Of a stretch of 28,437 bases of DNA, positions 18,078-25,339 are shown in pieces. Both the position numbers and the translations under genes were made by a program. The stretch is from a virus (lineage: Duplodnaviria; Caudoviricetes): the IMG/VR virus record IMGVR_UViG_3300029822_000058, positions 1 to 28,437 of that record, one strand, 5' to 3'. Every line of letters starts with the position of its first letter. Positions within the stretch are counted from its first letter, which is position 1. Under the pieces are notes generated by a model that was given only the letters and a program-made list of their open reading frames with translations, made no database searches and was not told where the DNA came from.

Positions 18078-18317
18078 ATGCCAACGGAAATACTTGTTGC
18101 ACTAATAACGCTTACAGGCTCTGCACTTGGTACGTTCAGCGGAATTTGCGTAAATGCCCGAATGACCAATTACCGCTTGCAACAACTCGAAAAGAAAGTG
18201 GACAAGCATAATCATTTTGCCGAGCGTATCCCTGTTATCGAGGAAAAAATTGCAGTCGCAAATAATCGTATTGGAGATTTAGAAGTCGTGGTCGGAATGA
18301 ACAAACCTAAAATTTAA
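18078..18317 (+). CDS. Holin-like/XhlA-like membrane protein
   Basis: N-terminal TM followed by YRLQQLEKKVDKHN...ANNRIGDLE coiled coil; lies in the lysis cassette. Confidence 0.78.
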   Translation: MPTEILVALITLTGSALGTFSGICVNARMTNYRLQQLEKKVDKHNHFAERIPVIEEKIAVANNRIGDLEVVVGMNKPKI

Positions 18318-18329
18318 GGAGGAAACAGA

Positions 18330-18581
18330 ATGGAATTTTTGAATTACATCATTGAAAACGCGCTTATACTTATCCCTGCACTGGTCATTATCGGGCAGAT
18401 TATCAAAAACATAGAGGTTGTGCCGGATAAGTTTATACCGCTTGCTTTGCTTGTGTTCGGCGTCGGCGGTGCGATTTCGCTCATTGGCGTATCGGTTGAT
18501 GCGGTTATACAGGGCGTGCTTGTGACAGGTGCTGCGGTGTATGGCAATCAGGTGGTAAAGCAGTTAAAGAAAGATGAATAA
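18330..18581 (+). CDS. Holin
   Basis: 83 aa with 2-3 TM segments; LIPAL.IIG..IK, DKFIPL.L, AVIQGVLVTGAAVYGNQ..KQ; charged C-terminus. Confidence 0.9.
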   Translation: MEFLNYIIENALILIPALVIIGQIIKNIEVVPDKFIPLALLVFGVGGAISLIGVSVDAVIQGVLVTGAAVYGNQVVKQLKKDE

Positions 18582-18591
18582 ATATAAATGT

Positions 18592-18631
18592 ATCCCCTGC
18601 CGGCTGATTGCTGACAGGGGATTTTTTTATT
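18592..18631 (+). terminator. Intrinsic terminator ending the late operon
   Basis: ATCCCCTG..CGGC-loop-GCTG..CAGGGGAT followed by a T7 tract. Confidence 0.85.
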
Positions 18632-18694
18632 GTACCTCTGTGACGGATTCGATTGTATATCCTGCGTCGTGCTCCCAAAAGTCAAGAAATAGAT

Positions 18695-18934
18695 TCAATT
18701 CCTCTCGGTCATACGCTTCGGTGCTGGAGCGGGGGCATTTTCTATTTCACCGCTCATGAGTTGGCGAACGGTTATTCCGAAATAGTCGGCTATGGCTTTC
18801 TTGTTTGGGTTAGACGGTTCTCCACCGTTTTTCCAATGTCCATACGCACTTTTGCTTATGCCTAAGTCTACCAAAACCCTTGTAGGAGCGACACCTCGTT
18901 CTTCGCAAATTTTCAGATAATTGTCATAAAACAC
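18695..18934 (-). CDS. XRE-family HTH repressor (cI-like), 79 aa, possibly truncated
   Basis: SD GAGAGGGG + GTG; FYDNYLKICEERGVAPTRVLVDLGISKSAYGHWKNGGEP...AIADYFGITVRQLM; divergent from early genes; no S24 peptidase domain. Confidence 0.88.
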   Translation of the reverse strand: MFYDNYLKICEERGVAPTRVLVDLGISKSAYGHWKNGGEPSNPNKKAIADYFGITVRQLMSGEIENAPAPAPKRMTERN

Positions 18935-18994
18935 AAAATATACCCCTCTCAATTGGTGATTATCACAAAAGTATTGAAAAGTTCATTTACGTAC

Positions 18995-19022
18995 TTGACT
19001 TGGTTCTTTAAAGTGCTATAAT
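18995..19022 (+). promoter_or_regulatory. Rightward early (lytic) promoter
   Basis: TTGACT-16 nt-TATAAT with extended -10 TG. Confidence 0.8.
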
Positions 19023-19028
19023 ATACTC

Positions 19029-19220
19029 GTGAGGACAAAAACAAACCTATTCCATCACAAGTGGAACTTTGATGGAGCGATTATGTATAATATTGTGCGT
19101 TGCGGTTTTAATATTATCATAAAAGTTTTGTTTTGTCCACAGTTGTCCGTAAAACTCAGAACAATAAACAGAAAAGTTCTGAAATTTTATGGGAAATCGA
19201 CAAGAAAGGAGGAAGTTTAA
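19029..19220 (+). CDS. Possible leader ORF (63 aa; or 45 aa from ATG 19083)
   Basis: GTG at the predicted +1 of the promoter; stop overlaps the xis-like start (TAATG); no recognisable domain. Confidence 0.3.
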   Translation: MRTKTNLFHHKWNFDGAIMYNIVRCGFNIIIKVLFCPQLSVKLRTINRKVLKFYGKSTRKEEV

Positions 19221-19387
19221 TGCTTATCACAATTCGTCAGGCTGCGGAAAGGTTGAGCGTTAGCACCAAAACTATTTACCGCAGAATCAAAGACGGGTCT
19301 TTGCCTGTAGTCAAGATTTCCGAAAAAGACTACCGCATTGATGTAAAGGATTTAGAGGCTTATATCGAGAAGTTGAAATCGGCGTAA
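19220..19387 (+). CDS. Excisionase-family (HTH_17/MerR-like) DNA-binding protein, 55 aa
   Basis: SD AAAGGAGG; LITIRQAAERLSVSTKTIYRRIKDGSLPVVKI...YRI...DL. Confidence 0.88.
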   Translation: MLITIRQAAERLSVSTKTIYRRIKDGSLPVVKISEKDYRIDVKDLEAYIEKLKSA

Positions 19388-19411
19388 ATAGAAAGGAGCG
19401 CAAAAATCGCT

Positions 19412-19858
19412 ATGATTAGCGGCAAATATTACAAGGCCGTTAAAATCGACGGTGAAAAACGTGACCTTCATCGCGTTATTGCAGAGCAAAGGTTGGGGCG
19501 CAAATTAAAGCCAAACGAAGTCGTACATCACATTGATGGGGACAAGCTTAATAATGACCCGGACAACCTATGTGTTATGACGAGGGGCGAACACGCCAGA
19601 TTGCACCTTAAAGGAAAGCCAATATCGGAAGAACAAAAGCGGCGTCTTTCAGAGTATCACAAAGGAAAGCCAAATTACCACTGTCGCACATTATCCCGTA
19701 AAAAAGTTTTTGAAATACTTAGTTTGTTAGACCAGAAAATACCTACAAGAAAAATAGCGGCAGCCTTGAAGGTGAAACGGTCGGCTGTAACGGGAATTTA
19801 TTACGGTCAATATTACAAAGATTGGGTATCGGAATACTACGCAAGCAAAATCGCGTAA
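19412..19858 (+). CDS. Free-standing HNH homing endonuclease with NUMOD3-like and HTH modules
   Basis: HRVIAE..LGRKL...EVVHHIDGDKLNN..DNL....GEH...H; KGKPISEEQKRRLSEYHKGK; C-terminal HTH-like segment. Confidence 0.9.
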   Translation: MISGKYYKAVKIDGEKRDLHRVIAEQRLGRKLKPNEVVHHIDGDKLNNDPDNLCVMTRGEHARLHLKGKPISEEQKRRLSEYHKGKPNYHCRTLSRKKVFEILSLLDQKIPTRKIAAALKVKRSAVTGIYYGQYYKDWVSEYYASKIA

Positions 19859-19910
19859 TCTCGTCGCATACAAGCGTGGGACATTACAAATAGGAAAGGA
19901 GGGGTAGAGA

Positions 19911-20090
19911 GTGAAATCATACATAGTCAACGTTAACGGCGACCAAGTATACAGCGCGGAATATGTTTTTGAGCAGATGCAGGCACAATGCAGGCGGATT
20001 GACAGGATAAAAAGAATAGCTATATCAAGCATGGCCGTTTCCGTTGTTTCGGTAATTTGCTGTGGTGTGCTGTGGTGTTTGGTTAGGTAA
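19911..20090 (+). CDS. Small protein with C-terminal TM (59 aa), not in the ORF track
   Basis: SD AAAGGAGG + GTG; MKSYIVNVNGDQVYSAEYVFEQMQAQCRRIDRIKRIAISSMAVSVVSVICCGVLWCLVR. Confidence 0.65.
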   Translation: MKSYIVNVNGDQVYSAEYVFEQMQAQCRRIDRIKRIAISSMAVSVVSVICCGVLWCLVR

Positions 20091-20433
20091 TTGCGGATAG
20101 CACACTGATTATTAAAGCGGCTACTGAAATAACCGTTGGGATTATCCACTTCCAGAAATCAAAGCACTTTCGCTCAATCATCTCGTTTGCTTTGGGGGTT
20201 GAGAACGACCGAAAGTCACCGCAAATAACATCCTTGTAATTATCAAAACTTATCCATTCGCCGTTTTGATTTTTGGTAATGATATAAAGCTCTTTGCTTA
20301 ATGAAATGAGTAAAATTGGGTTTGCTAAATCATCACTAAACTTTTTAGCCAGCTTATTCCAAGTTACTCCTTTATTGCCGTTGCGCTTGATATATCTAAC
20401 CAGAGCAAGGGTCTTTTTATCAAAATAAATCAT
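20083..20433 (-). CDS. Tail-anchored membrane protein (116 aa), leftward moron gene
   Basis: SD GAGGTG; soluble N-domain (possibly winged helix) + C-terminal TM WIIPTVISVAALIISVLSAI; has its own promoter. Confidence 0.8.
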   Translation of the reverse strand: MIYFDKKTLALVRYIKRNGNKGVTWNKLAKKFSDDLANPILLISLSKELYIITKNQNGEWISFDNYKDVICGDFRSFSTPKANEMIERKCFDFWKWIIPTVISVAALIISVLSAIT

Positions 20434-20450
20434 TAAATCACCTCAACCAA

Positions 20451-20479
20451 ATAATACCACAACTTTACAAAATGGACAA
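20451..20479 (-). promoter_or_regulatory. Leftward promoter for 20083-20433
   Basis: Minus strand TTGTCC-17 nt-TATTAT with extended -10 TG. Confidence 0.7.
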
Positions 20480-20500
20480 GCTGAAAGGAGGGGACAAGCC

Positions 20501-20590
20501 ATGAACATAATCCTTGCAATCGTAACGGCAATTCTGCTCATCGGCGGCTCGGTCTGGATTGAACGCATCGGGAGGGGTGATGCCGAATAA
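20501..20590 (+). CDS. 29-aa single-TM peptide, not in the ORF track
   Basis: SD AAAGGAGG; MNIILAIVTAILLIGGSVWIERIGRGDAE. Confidence 0.6.
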   Translation: MNIILAIVTAILLIGGSVWIERIGRGDAE

Positions 20591-21117
20591 GAACGGCAAA
20601 TTTATTGGTCGTCGTGATTATTAGCGCCGCCCTGATTTTACTCAGGATGGCAAGCGACAGACCGGAAACAATTGCCGTGACTACCTCTATAACCAATACC
20701 ACGGTGACGACAACGACAACGACCATCACAACGACAACGACAACCACCAGCACAACGCAGCGGTTCACGGCGAAAGAAATATCCCTTATAGAACATATCG
20801 TAATGAACGAAGTCGGGCATTGTTCAGAACAAAGTAAAATCGCCGTTGCAAATGTCATTTTGAACCGCTTAGACAGTCCGGACTTCCCCGATACGGTGCG
20901 CGAGGTTGTGTATGCGCCGAGGCAGTTTTCAGCGGTGTATGGCACACTAAAACCGGACAAGCACACGCAAGAGGCGGTCAAAAAGGCCTTGAACGGCGAG
21001 GACAATTCAATGGGCGCGGTGTACTACTATGCGCCGAGATACACAGGCACAATCGCGTGGTTTGAGAGTTTGGAGTTTCTGTTTGAGCTGGACGGACAAA
21101 GATATTTTAAGGAGTGA
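20587..21117 (+). CDS. Membrane-anchored SleB-like cell wall hydrolase (Hydrolase_2)
   Basis: Signal anchor, Thr-rich linker, IVMNEVG, AVANVILNRL.S..FP.TV.EVVY...QFS, A.YYY; start is ATA 20587 or TTG 20605. Confidence 0.9.
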   Translation: MRTANLLVVVIISAALILLRMASDRPETIAVTTSITNTTVTTTTTTITTTTTTTSTTQRFTAKEISLIEHIVMNEVGHCSEQSKIAVANVILNRLDSPDFPDTVREVVYAPRQFSAVYGTLKPDKHTQEAVKKALNGEDNSMGAVYYYAPRYTGTIAWFESLEFLFELDGQRYFKE

Positions 21118-21122
21118 TACAT

Positions 21123-21290
21123 ATGACATGGTGCGACCGTATAGAACTGGCAATCATATTGGTTCTGCTGTTTGCGCTGGCGATAGCAATTGCGGCATTG
21201 GTCGAGAAAAAAGAAAAGCACCGCCCCTATTGCAGTAGGGTACGGCGCAAAAAACATAATACAGCCCCATTATACATTGGGAGAAAGTGA
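21123..21290 (+). CDS. 55-aa single-TM peptide with basic C-terminus, not in the ORF track
   Basis: SD AAGGAGTG; MTWCDRIELAIILVLLFALAIAIAALVEKKEKHRPYCSRVRRKKHNTAPLYIGRK. Confidence 0.65.
   Translation: MTWCDRIELAIILVLLFALAIAIAALVEKKEKHRPYCSRVRRKKHNTAPLYIGRK
21207..21262 (-). ncRNA. Predicted ~55-nt antisense small RNA ending in an intrinsic terminator
   Basis: Consensus promoter upstream; hairpin GCGCCG-UA-CCCUA-CUGCAA-UAGGG-G-CGGUGC then UUUUCUUUUUU; the G-U pair works only on the minus strand. Confidence 0.65.
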
Positions 21291-21298
21291 GTTGTCAA
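21269..21298 (-). promoter_or_regulatory. Consensus leftward sigmaA promoter
   Basis: Minus strand TTGACA-18 nt-TATAAT (plus strand ATTATA 21269-21274, TGTCAA 21293-21298). Confidence 0.8.
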
Positions 21299-22807
21299 AT
21301 GAAAACATCCAAAATAATCATAAAGAACCTATTTGGGATAGCCGAGCGCCAGATTGACGGTGGCAAATCGGTTGAGCTGGCGGGCCCGAAGGGTGCGGGT
21401 AAAACATCCGTACTCGATGCGATTCGTTACGCATTAACCAACCGCTCCGACCGTGACTACATAATCCGTCAAGGCGCAGACGAGGGCGAAATACTTATCG
21501 AAACCGATACAGGACTATCAATAAACCGTAAGGCGCGGACAACCAAAGCCGATGCAGTCAAGGTGCGCGACGGAAATATGCTGCAGACCAGACCTGCGGA
21601 GTTTTTGAGCGGCATATTTACACCGCTACAGCTTAATCCGGTCGAGTTTACACAGATGTCTCGGCAAGAAAAGAATCGGGTTATTCTGTCACTGATTGAA
21701 TTTGAGTGGGATCTGAATTGGATTCGCGAGAAATTCGGGGAGATTCCGCAGGGTGTAGATTATCAGCAACACATCCTCGAGGTATTAGCGGAAATACAGG
21801 CAGAAAATGGTGTGTACTATCAATCACGACAGAATCTTAATCGCGATATACGGAATAATTTAGCGCTGGTTGAAGAAATCGCCAGAGACATACCTGAAGG
21901 GTATCAAGCTGAAAAGTGGCAGACATATCAACTGGGTGATAAATACCGAGAGTTGGAAAAAATCAAGGATAACAACGCGATTATTGCCAGAGCTAAGGCG
22001 TTCAAAGAAAGTTACGACAACAAACTCCGAGGCATTCAAGCCGAGCGAGAAATGGCTATTGGAGCTGAAGAAAAAGCAATCGCTACGGAGCGAGACGGTC
22101 TGAACAGCACGATTGCGCGGTTAAAAGCAGAAATCAAGGCTGCCGAGGACAAGCTTGCCGGGCTGGATGATAAGTTATCCGACAAGAAAAAGGTTATTGA
22201 AGCGGAATATCAGACCAAACTTGCAAAATTAGACAGCGATACTCAGGTCGCTAATGAATGGGCCGACAAAGATCCGACCGATGTCACCGCACTGACCGAG
22301 GAAATATCCACGGCTGAAACGATGATAAAACATCTTAATGAATACCGCCGGATGAAATCAAAGCAGGATGAAATTGCGCAGCTACAGACCGATTCGGATG
22401 AGCTGACGCGAAAGATTGAACTGGCGCGGGAGTTACCGGGCGAGATACTTAAAACCGCAACGATACCGATTAAAGGGCTGACAGTCGAGGATGGCATACC
22501 GCTTATAAATGGGCTGCCTATTAGTAATTTATCCGGAGGTGAGCTTCTCGACCTGTGTGTTGATATCGCTGTATCACGCCCCGGGCAATTAAACATACTG
22601 TTGATTGACGAGGTTGGCAGACTTGACACTAGAAGTAGGGCAACCCTGTATAGAAAATGTATTGAAAAAGGCGTCATGTTTATAGCAACTCGCGCTAACG
22701 ATTCAAACGAGATTGAGGTTGTTACGCTTGATGATTTAAACGCTGTAAACAAATACGAAGCAGAAGAGTTGGAAAAATCAAAAAAGTCGGAGGTAATTGA
22801 ACTATGA
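21299..22807 (+). CDS. Rad50/SbcC/RecN-like ABC ATPase with coiled coil
   Basis: IIIKNLFGI, Walker A GPKGAGKTS, long coiled coil, signature LSGGE, Walker B LLIDE. Confidence 0.88.
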   Translation: MKTSKIIIKNLFGIAERQIDGGKSVELAGPKGAGKTSVLDAIRYALTNRSDRDYIIRQGADEGEILIETDTGLSINRKARTTKADAVKVRDGNMLQTRPAEFLSGIFTPLQLNPVEFTQMSRQEKNRVILSLIEFEWDLNWIREKFGEIPQGVDYQQHILEVLAEIQAENGVYYQSRQNLNRDIRNNLALVEEIARDIPEGYQAEKWQTYQLGDKYRELEKIKDNNAIIARAKAFKESYDNKLRGIQAEREMAIGAEEKAIATERDGLNSTIARLKAEIKAAEDKLAGLDDKLSDKKKVIEAEYQTKLAKLDSDTQVANEWADKDPTDVTALTEEISTAETMIKHLNEYRRMKSKQDEIAQLQTDSDELTRKIELARELPGEILKTATIPIKGLTVEDGIPLINGLPISNLSGGELLDLCVDIAVSRPGQLNILLIDEVGRLDTRSRATLYRKCIEKGVMFIATRANDSNEIEVVTLDDLNAVNKYEAEELEKSKKSEVIEL

Positions 22808-23571
22808 TTTTAACTTCCGAAAACTACCATTCCAAAGAATCCAACCAAGAATATATGTCGGCTTCTCAGTTTAAGTCATTTATAGATTGCGAAGCACAAG
22901 CTTTAGCGGAGCTGAGAGGGGAATATAGTGAGTCAATGTCTACCGCGTTGCTTGTCGGCTCATATGTAGACGCGCATTTTGAGGGAACGTTAGATATATT
23001 TAAAGCACAACATCCAGAAATATTTACGCAAAAAGGTGAATTGCGCTCCGATTACAAGCAGGCGGAAGAAATCATACAGCGTGTAGAACGCGACGAACTT
23101 TTTACCGGTTTAATGAACGGTGAAAAGCAAGTTATTATGACTGGGAAAATTGATAATGTTCCATTCAAAATTAAAATCGATAGTTATCACCCCGAATCAG
23201 CAATTGTAGATTTAAAAGTAATGCGTGATTTTAGTCAAATTTGGAATGCGGAAAAGCGCATAAAAGAGTCGTTTGTTGAATCGTGGGGGTATGACATCCA
23301 AGGTGCAATATATCAAGAAATTGTGCGCCAAAATATCGGAATGCAATTACCTTTTTATATTGATGGCGTCACTAAGGAAAAAGAGCCTGATTTAGCCGCA
23401 ATGGAAATAGACCAAGCGAGATTGGATTATTGCTTAGACTTTGTCCGGATAAATTTAGGCAGAATTATTGAGGTGAAAAAAGGATTGGCAGAGCCTCAAC
23501 GATGTGGGAAATGCGATTATTGCAAAAGTACAAAGCAGCTGACTGAAATCGTTAACTACATGGAGGTGTAA
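22804..23571 (+). CDS. PD-(D/E)XK exonuclease (RecE/ExoVIII-like, DUF3799)
   Basis: YMSASQFKSF..CEA, LLVGSYVD, KIKID...IVDLK, GYDIQGAIYQ, C-terminal CGKCDYC. Confidence 0.88.
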   Translation: MILTSENYHSKESNQEYMSASQFKSFIDCEAQALAELRGEYSESMSTALLVGSYVDAHFEGTLDIFKAQHPEIFTQKGELRSDYKQAEEIIQRVERDELFTGLMNGEKQVIMTGKIDNVPFKIKIDSYHPESAIVDLKVMRDFSQIWNAEKRIKESFVESWGYDIQGAIYQEIVRQNIGMQLPFYIDGVTKEKEPDLAAMEIDQARLDYCLDFVRINLGRIIEVKKGLAEPQRCGKCDYCKSTKQLTEIVNYMEV

Positions 23572-23573
23572 CA

Positions 23574-24185
23574 ATGGGAATACCAGTATTAATTTTAGGC
23601 GCCAGTGGATCTGGAAAATCCACCAGCATTCGCAATTTTGAACCTGACGAGGTTGGGATTTTTAATGTGGCAGGTAAGCCATTACCATTCCGAAAGAAGA
23701 TCCCAAAAGTTGATAATGCTACATATGAAATCATTGAAAAGATGTTATCTCAACACAAGCTAAAACGGTATATTATCGACGACAGTCAATACTTGCTGGC
23801 TTTTGAAATGTTTAATCGAGCAAAAGACACAGGGTATGGAAAATTTACAGATATGGCTTTGAATTTCCGGAACTTAATTGATTTTGTCATAAAGCAAACT
23901 CCGGATGATGTAATTGTCTATTTTTTGCACCATACGGAAGAAACTGACGGCGGGAAAATCAAGGCCAAAACCGTAGGTAAGATGCTGGACAACCAGTTAA
24001 CGGTCGAGGGGCTTTTCTCGATTGTTTTATTGGCCACAGTTGACGGAAACACGCATAAATTTATAACTCAGTCCGATGGTTATACAACGTGCAAATCGCC
24101 TATGGAAATGTTTGAACGTGAAATCGACAATGACCTTAAAATCGTCGATAACACTATTCGCGAATATTGGGGTTTAAACAAATAA
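23574..24185 (+). CDS. Sak4-like (AAA_24) single-strand annealing ATPase
   Basis: VLILGASGSGKSTS, IIDDSQY, KAKTVGKMLD, EGLFSIVL, KSPMEMF; sits between exonuclease and SSB-like genes. Confidence 0.82.
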   Translation: MGIPVLILGASGSGKSTSIRNFEPDEVGIFNVAGKPLPFRKKIPKVDNATYEIIEKMLSQHKLKRYIIDDSQYLLAFEMFNRAKDTGYGKFTDMALNFRNLIDFVIKQTPDDVIVYFLHHTEETDGGKIKAKTVGKMLDNQLTVEGLFSIVLLATVDGNTHKFITQSDGYTTCKSPMEMFEREIDNDLKIVDNTIREYWGLNK

Positions 24186-24209
24186 TTAAAATATCGGAGG
24201 AATTTATCA

Positions 24210-24800
24210 ATGAAAAAATTTAGCGGGTACGAACCAAAAAGAATGACAGCGCGTGAACCTATACCGGTGGGCGGTTATGTTGTAAAAGTGTTGAACGTAA
24301 AAGAACAAAATTATGATTGGGGTGATGTACTTGTAATATGCTTCGATGTTATTGAGGGCGATTATAAAGGTTTCTTCAAAAACGACCTGGATAATCAGAC
24401 ACAAGAAGATAAAAAATGGAAAGGTACATACAGGCTTGGCATACCCAAAGACGACGGTAGCGAGCGCGACGGATGGACAAAAAACACTTTTAACGGAGTG
24501 ATGTATTCATTCGAAGAAAGCAATAAAGGTTTTAAGTGGGATTGGGATGAAAGCAAGCTAAAAGGTCTTGTTGTTGGTGCTCTTTTCCGTAATAAAGAAT
24601 GGGAATTTAACGGCAGGAGCGGTTGGACTACCGAATGTTGTTCGTTGATCCCCGCCGATGATATTCGCAACAATAAATTTAAAATGCCAAAAGACAAACC
24701 ATTAAATGGCGGCGCGAAATCGGCCAAAAACACAACCAAATCGACCAACAGTAATTCAGACTTTGAAGAAATAACCGATGCGGACGACTTCCCATTTTGA
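24210..24800 (+). CDS. Putative single-stranded DNA-binding protein (DUF669-like)
   Basis: IPVGGYVVKV..V, FDV.EG.YKG; flexible tail ending in acidic DADDFPF. Confidence 0.78.
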   Translation: MKKFSGYEPKRMTAREPIPVGGYVVKVLNVKEQNYDWGDVLVICFDVIEGDYKGFFKNDLDNQTQEDKKWKGTYRLGIPKDDGSERDGWTKNTFNGVMYSFEESNKGFKWDWDESKLKGLVVGALFRNKEWEFNGRSGWTTECCSLIPADDIRNNKFKMPKDKPLNGGAKSAKNTTKSTNSNSDFEEITDADDFPF

Positions 24801-24811
24801 CGGTGGCAGCC

Positions 24812-25339
24812 ATGCCAAAATATAGCCACTTTGAAATTGAAAATATACTGGATAGCATGGTCGTATTGGTCGACACCAGAGAACAAGACACTCCTGCACT
24901 GCGTAATCGTCTGGATGGGCTTAAGCGCCCGTTCAGGCGGTGCAAACTGGACTATGGAGATTACTCTTGCGAGTTTGCCAAACCAGACGGATCTGTTACA
25001 AACGCGGCCAACAAAATAGCAATTGAGCGCAAAATGAATTTGGATGAGCTGTGCGGGTGTTTTACAAGCGGTCGCGGGAGGTTTGAGCGCGAATTTTTGA
25101 GGGCGAAAGAGGACGGCGCAAAGGTTTATTTGTTGGTCGAAAATGCTAACTGGGAAAAAGCATTTAATGGGGCATACAAAAGCAGATTTAACCCAAAATC
25201 TCTTATTGCTTCAATCCTTGCTTGGTCTGGCAGATACAACATTGTCCCAGTGTTTTGCAGGGCAGAAACAACCGGAAAATTGATAGCAAAGATACTGCAT
25301 TACGAATTAAAAGGGATGCTGGAACGGGGTGAGATTTAA
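24812..25339 (+). CDS. ERCC4/XPF-family nuclease (putative resolvase)
   Basis: VDTREQ, LDYGDYS, IERK, RFEREF.RA, LLVEN; ORF is open from TTG 24797. Confidence 0.9.
   Translation: MPKYSHFEIENILDSMVVLVDTREQDTPALRNRLDGLKRPFRRCKLDYGDYSCEFAKPDGSVTNAANKIAIERKMNLDELCGCFTSGRGRFEREFLRAKEDGAKVYLLVENANWEKAFNGAYKSRFNPKSLIASILAWSGRYNIVPVFCRAETTGKLIAKILHYELKGMLERGEI

Noticed and set aside
18650-18686. Minus-strand TTGACT...TACAAT promoter downstream of the repressor
   Set aside because: The spacer is 22 nt, too long for sigmaA
19727-20149. 140-aa minus-strand ORF
   Set aside because: Overlaps three better-supported genes and has no SD
20690-20760. ACGACA-type repeats, and similar low-complexity tracts at 3831-3885 and 14291-14325
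   Set aside because: Explained by Thr-rich or Pro/Glu-rich protein linkers
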